Below are positions 62,481-64,000 of a stretch of DNA of 64,000 nt, one piece after another. Position numbers and translations under genes: made by a program. Numbering within the stretch: position 1 is the first letter of the stretch; each line of letters starts with the position of its first letter. The notes under the pieces were generated by a model. It had not been told where the DNA came from. It saw only the letters and a list, made by a program, of their open reading frames with translations, and did no database searches. Source of the stretch: Desulfomonilia bacterium (GTDB taxonomy: Bacteria; Desulfobacterota; Desulfomonilia; UBA1062); the NCBI GenBank assembly GCA_963664325.2, contig CAXXDQ010000007.1, positions 704,001 to 768,000 of the forward strand, in the 5' to 3' direction.

Positions 62481-63044
62481 TTAGCTCACTCTCTCGATAT
62501 AAGTACCGTTTCTTGTATCAACCTTGAGTACATCATTCTCATTTATAAAAAGGGGAACCTGTATTGTTGCACCAGTTTCAAGCTTGGCGGGTTTTGTTCC
62601 ACCACTGACCGTGTTGCCCCTGACTCCCGGAACGGTTTCAACAACTTTCAGTTCCAGGAAATTGGGAATTTCAACGCCGATAGGTTTCTTGTTATGGAAC
62701 AGGATATCGACTATGCCGTTTTCCTTCAGATAACCGAGGGTATCTCCCATATGGTCTCTGGAGAGAACCATCTGCTCGTATGTCTCATTATCCATGAAAT
62801 GATAACCGGAATCATCATTGTAAAGGTAAACCATGTTTTTTTCTTCAAGGTCGGGCACATCGACCTTTTCTCCTGAACGGAATGTCTTCTCAAGGACACG
62901 CCCTGTTATCAGGCTTTTCATCTTTGTCCTTACAAAAGCCCCGCCCTTCCCGGGCTTGACATGCTGAAAGTCAACAATGATGAGAGGCTCCCTCTCAAGC
63001 TCTATTCTGAGACCTTTTCTGAATTCTGCTGTTGAATATTGCAT
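62481..63044 (-). CDS. efp: Elongation factor P
   Basis: HVKPGKGGAFVR, KPA.LETG, VPLFI..D...VDTR..Y..R. Confidence 0.98.
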   Translation of the reverse strand: MQYSTAEFRKGLRIELEREPLIIVDFQHVKPGKGGAFVRTKMKSLITGRVLEKTFRSGEKVDVPDLEEKNMVYLYNDDSGYHFMDNETYEQMVLSRDHMGDTLGYLKENGIVDILFHNKKPIGVEIPNFLELKVVETVPGVRGNTVSGGTKPAKLETGATIQVPLFINENDVLKVDTRNGTYIERVS

Positions 63045-63070
63045 CTTAACCTCTTAATTGTTTTTTCATT

Positions 63071-64000
63071 TCAGTCCGCAATTATTATAGCACCCTTAGC
63101 AATATTTGTAAGGTGCTTGCAAGAGCTATCTGTCACAAAAAGACAATCCTCGATGCGTATGCCAAACCTTCCGGTGAAATAAGCAGCGGGCTCGACAGTA
63201 ATGACCATTCCCTGTTTGACTATATCGGCAGACATCGGAGAAATTGTCGGGGGTTCATGAACTTCAATTCCAACACCGTGACCAGTTCCATGTCCATAGC
63301 AGTCTTTGAGCCCGTTTTCTTCAAGATAGCCCCTTGCAAGGGCATCGATTTCAGAGGCCTTCTTCCACGGGGCAATTCCGGCTATGGCCCTCTGCTGCGC
63401 CTCCCATACTTTTCTGTAAACCTCCCTGAATTCATGATCGGGTTCTCCGGTAAATACTGTCACTGTCTGATCCGAACAATATCCCTCGAATACGCAGCCG
63501 AAATCAAAAAGAACCGCTTCATTCCTGCCGATAACCTTGTCTGTCGGTGAGGCGTGCGGCATTGCGCTTCTCGAGCCCGATGCCACTATTGTTTCAAATG
63601 AAGGGCCATCAGCCCCTAACCTTTTCATCTCATATTCGATCTCGATAGCGACATCTTTTTCAGTCCTTCCCCTGATGCCTTTTTCAAATATGCTCTTCAT
63701 CACATTCTCTGAAATCTTCGCTGCATGAATTATCTTTCCGACCTCCATACTGTCCTTGACTATCCTTAGTTCCCTGAGCAAGCTTCCGGCAGGCACTAGT
63801 TTGATCTCTGAAAAGATGTCCTTGAGCCTGGAGGCCGTATCATAATCAATGATATTTGACTCGAAACCGATTTGGGAAATTTTATTTTCCGTCAGGAAAA
63901 TGCCGATTTCTTCCCATTTCCGGGTAACTTCCTTAACATCATATGAAGTTTCCAGTTCAGCCTGGAGGGTATAACGTGAATCAACAAAAAGCCTGATATG
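63071..64000 (-). CDS. Xaa-Pro peptidase (M24B), 5' end outside the window
   Basis: Frame stays open to 64000 (FVDSRY.LQA); PH, DFG..Y.SD, HGTGHGVG.EVHE, TVEP, GIRIED. Confidence 0.93.
   Translation of the reverse strand, partial: HIRLFVDSRYTLQAELETSYDVKEVTRKWEEIGIFLTENKISQIGFESNIIDYDTASRLKDIFSEIKLVPAGSLLRELRIVKDSMEVGKIIHAAKISENVMKSIFEKGIRGRTEKDVAIEIEYEMKRLGADGPSFETIVASGSRSAMPHASPTDKVIGRNEAVLFDFGCVFEGYCSDQTVTVFTGEPDHEFREVYRKVWEAQQRAIAGIAPWKKASEIDALARGYLEENGLKDCYGHGTGHGVGIEVHEPPTISPMSADIVKQGMVITVEPAAYFTGRFGIRIEDCLFVTDSSCKHLTNIAKGAIIIAD

Overview
Bacterial chromosomal segment, most likely from an anaerobic deltaproteobacterium (Desulfobacterota/Syntrophales-like; inferred from gene order and protein character). 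The centre (16.4-48.3 kb, minus strand) is the fused ribosomal superoperon: tRNA Thr-Tyr-Gly-Thr, tuf, rpmG, tRNA-Trp, secE, nusG, rplKAJL, rpoBC, rpsLG, fusA, a second apparently identical tuf, then the S10, spc and alpha clusters. The left 16 kb is accessory catabolic DNA: TetR regulator, split transketolase, tandem SCP2-like protein, aldehyde:ferredoxin oxidoreductase, adenylate cyclase-FHA, metallophosphoesterase, two nitronate monooxygenase/FabK-family flavoenzymes, a frameshifted kinase-like gene, a class-III PLP enzyme, a YhhN-like membrane protein, a DUF5054-like hydrolase and a cold-shock gene. The right 16 kb holds hbd-thiolase, a MoxR/DUF58/Bat operon, DUF3795, lepB, a lipoprotein and pepQ-efp-accB-lipoate ligase. 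Best leads: (i) a possible undescribed anaerobic lipid/amino-alcohol catabolic system in the left arm; (ii) a ~78-aa insertion in the RNAP beta-prime clamp region; (iii) a ~175-nt highly base-paired non-coding element at 58.87-59.04 kb; (iv) a +1 frameshift at CCC-AGC-TAA that cuts off a kinase Gly-loop; (v) extreme G-ending codon bias confined to the tuf duplicates; (vi) TTGACA-17-TA promoters that lack the -7 T. All family calls come from motif recognition by eye; no database search was run.
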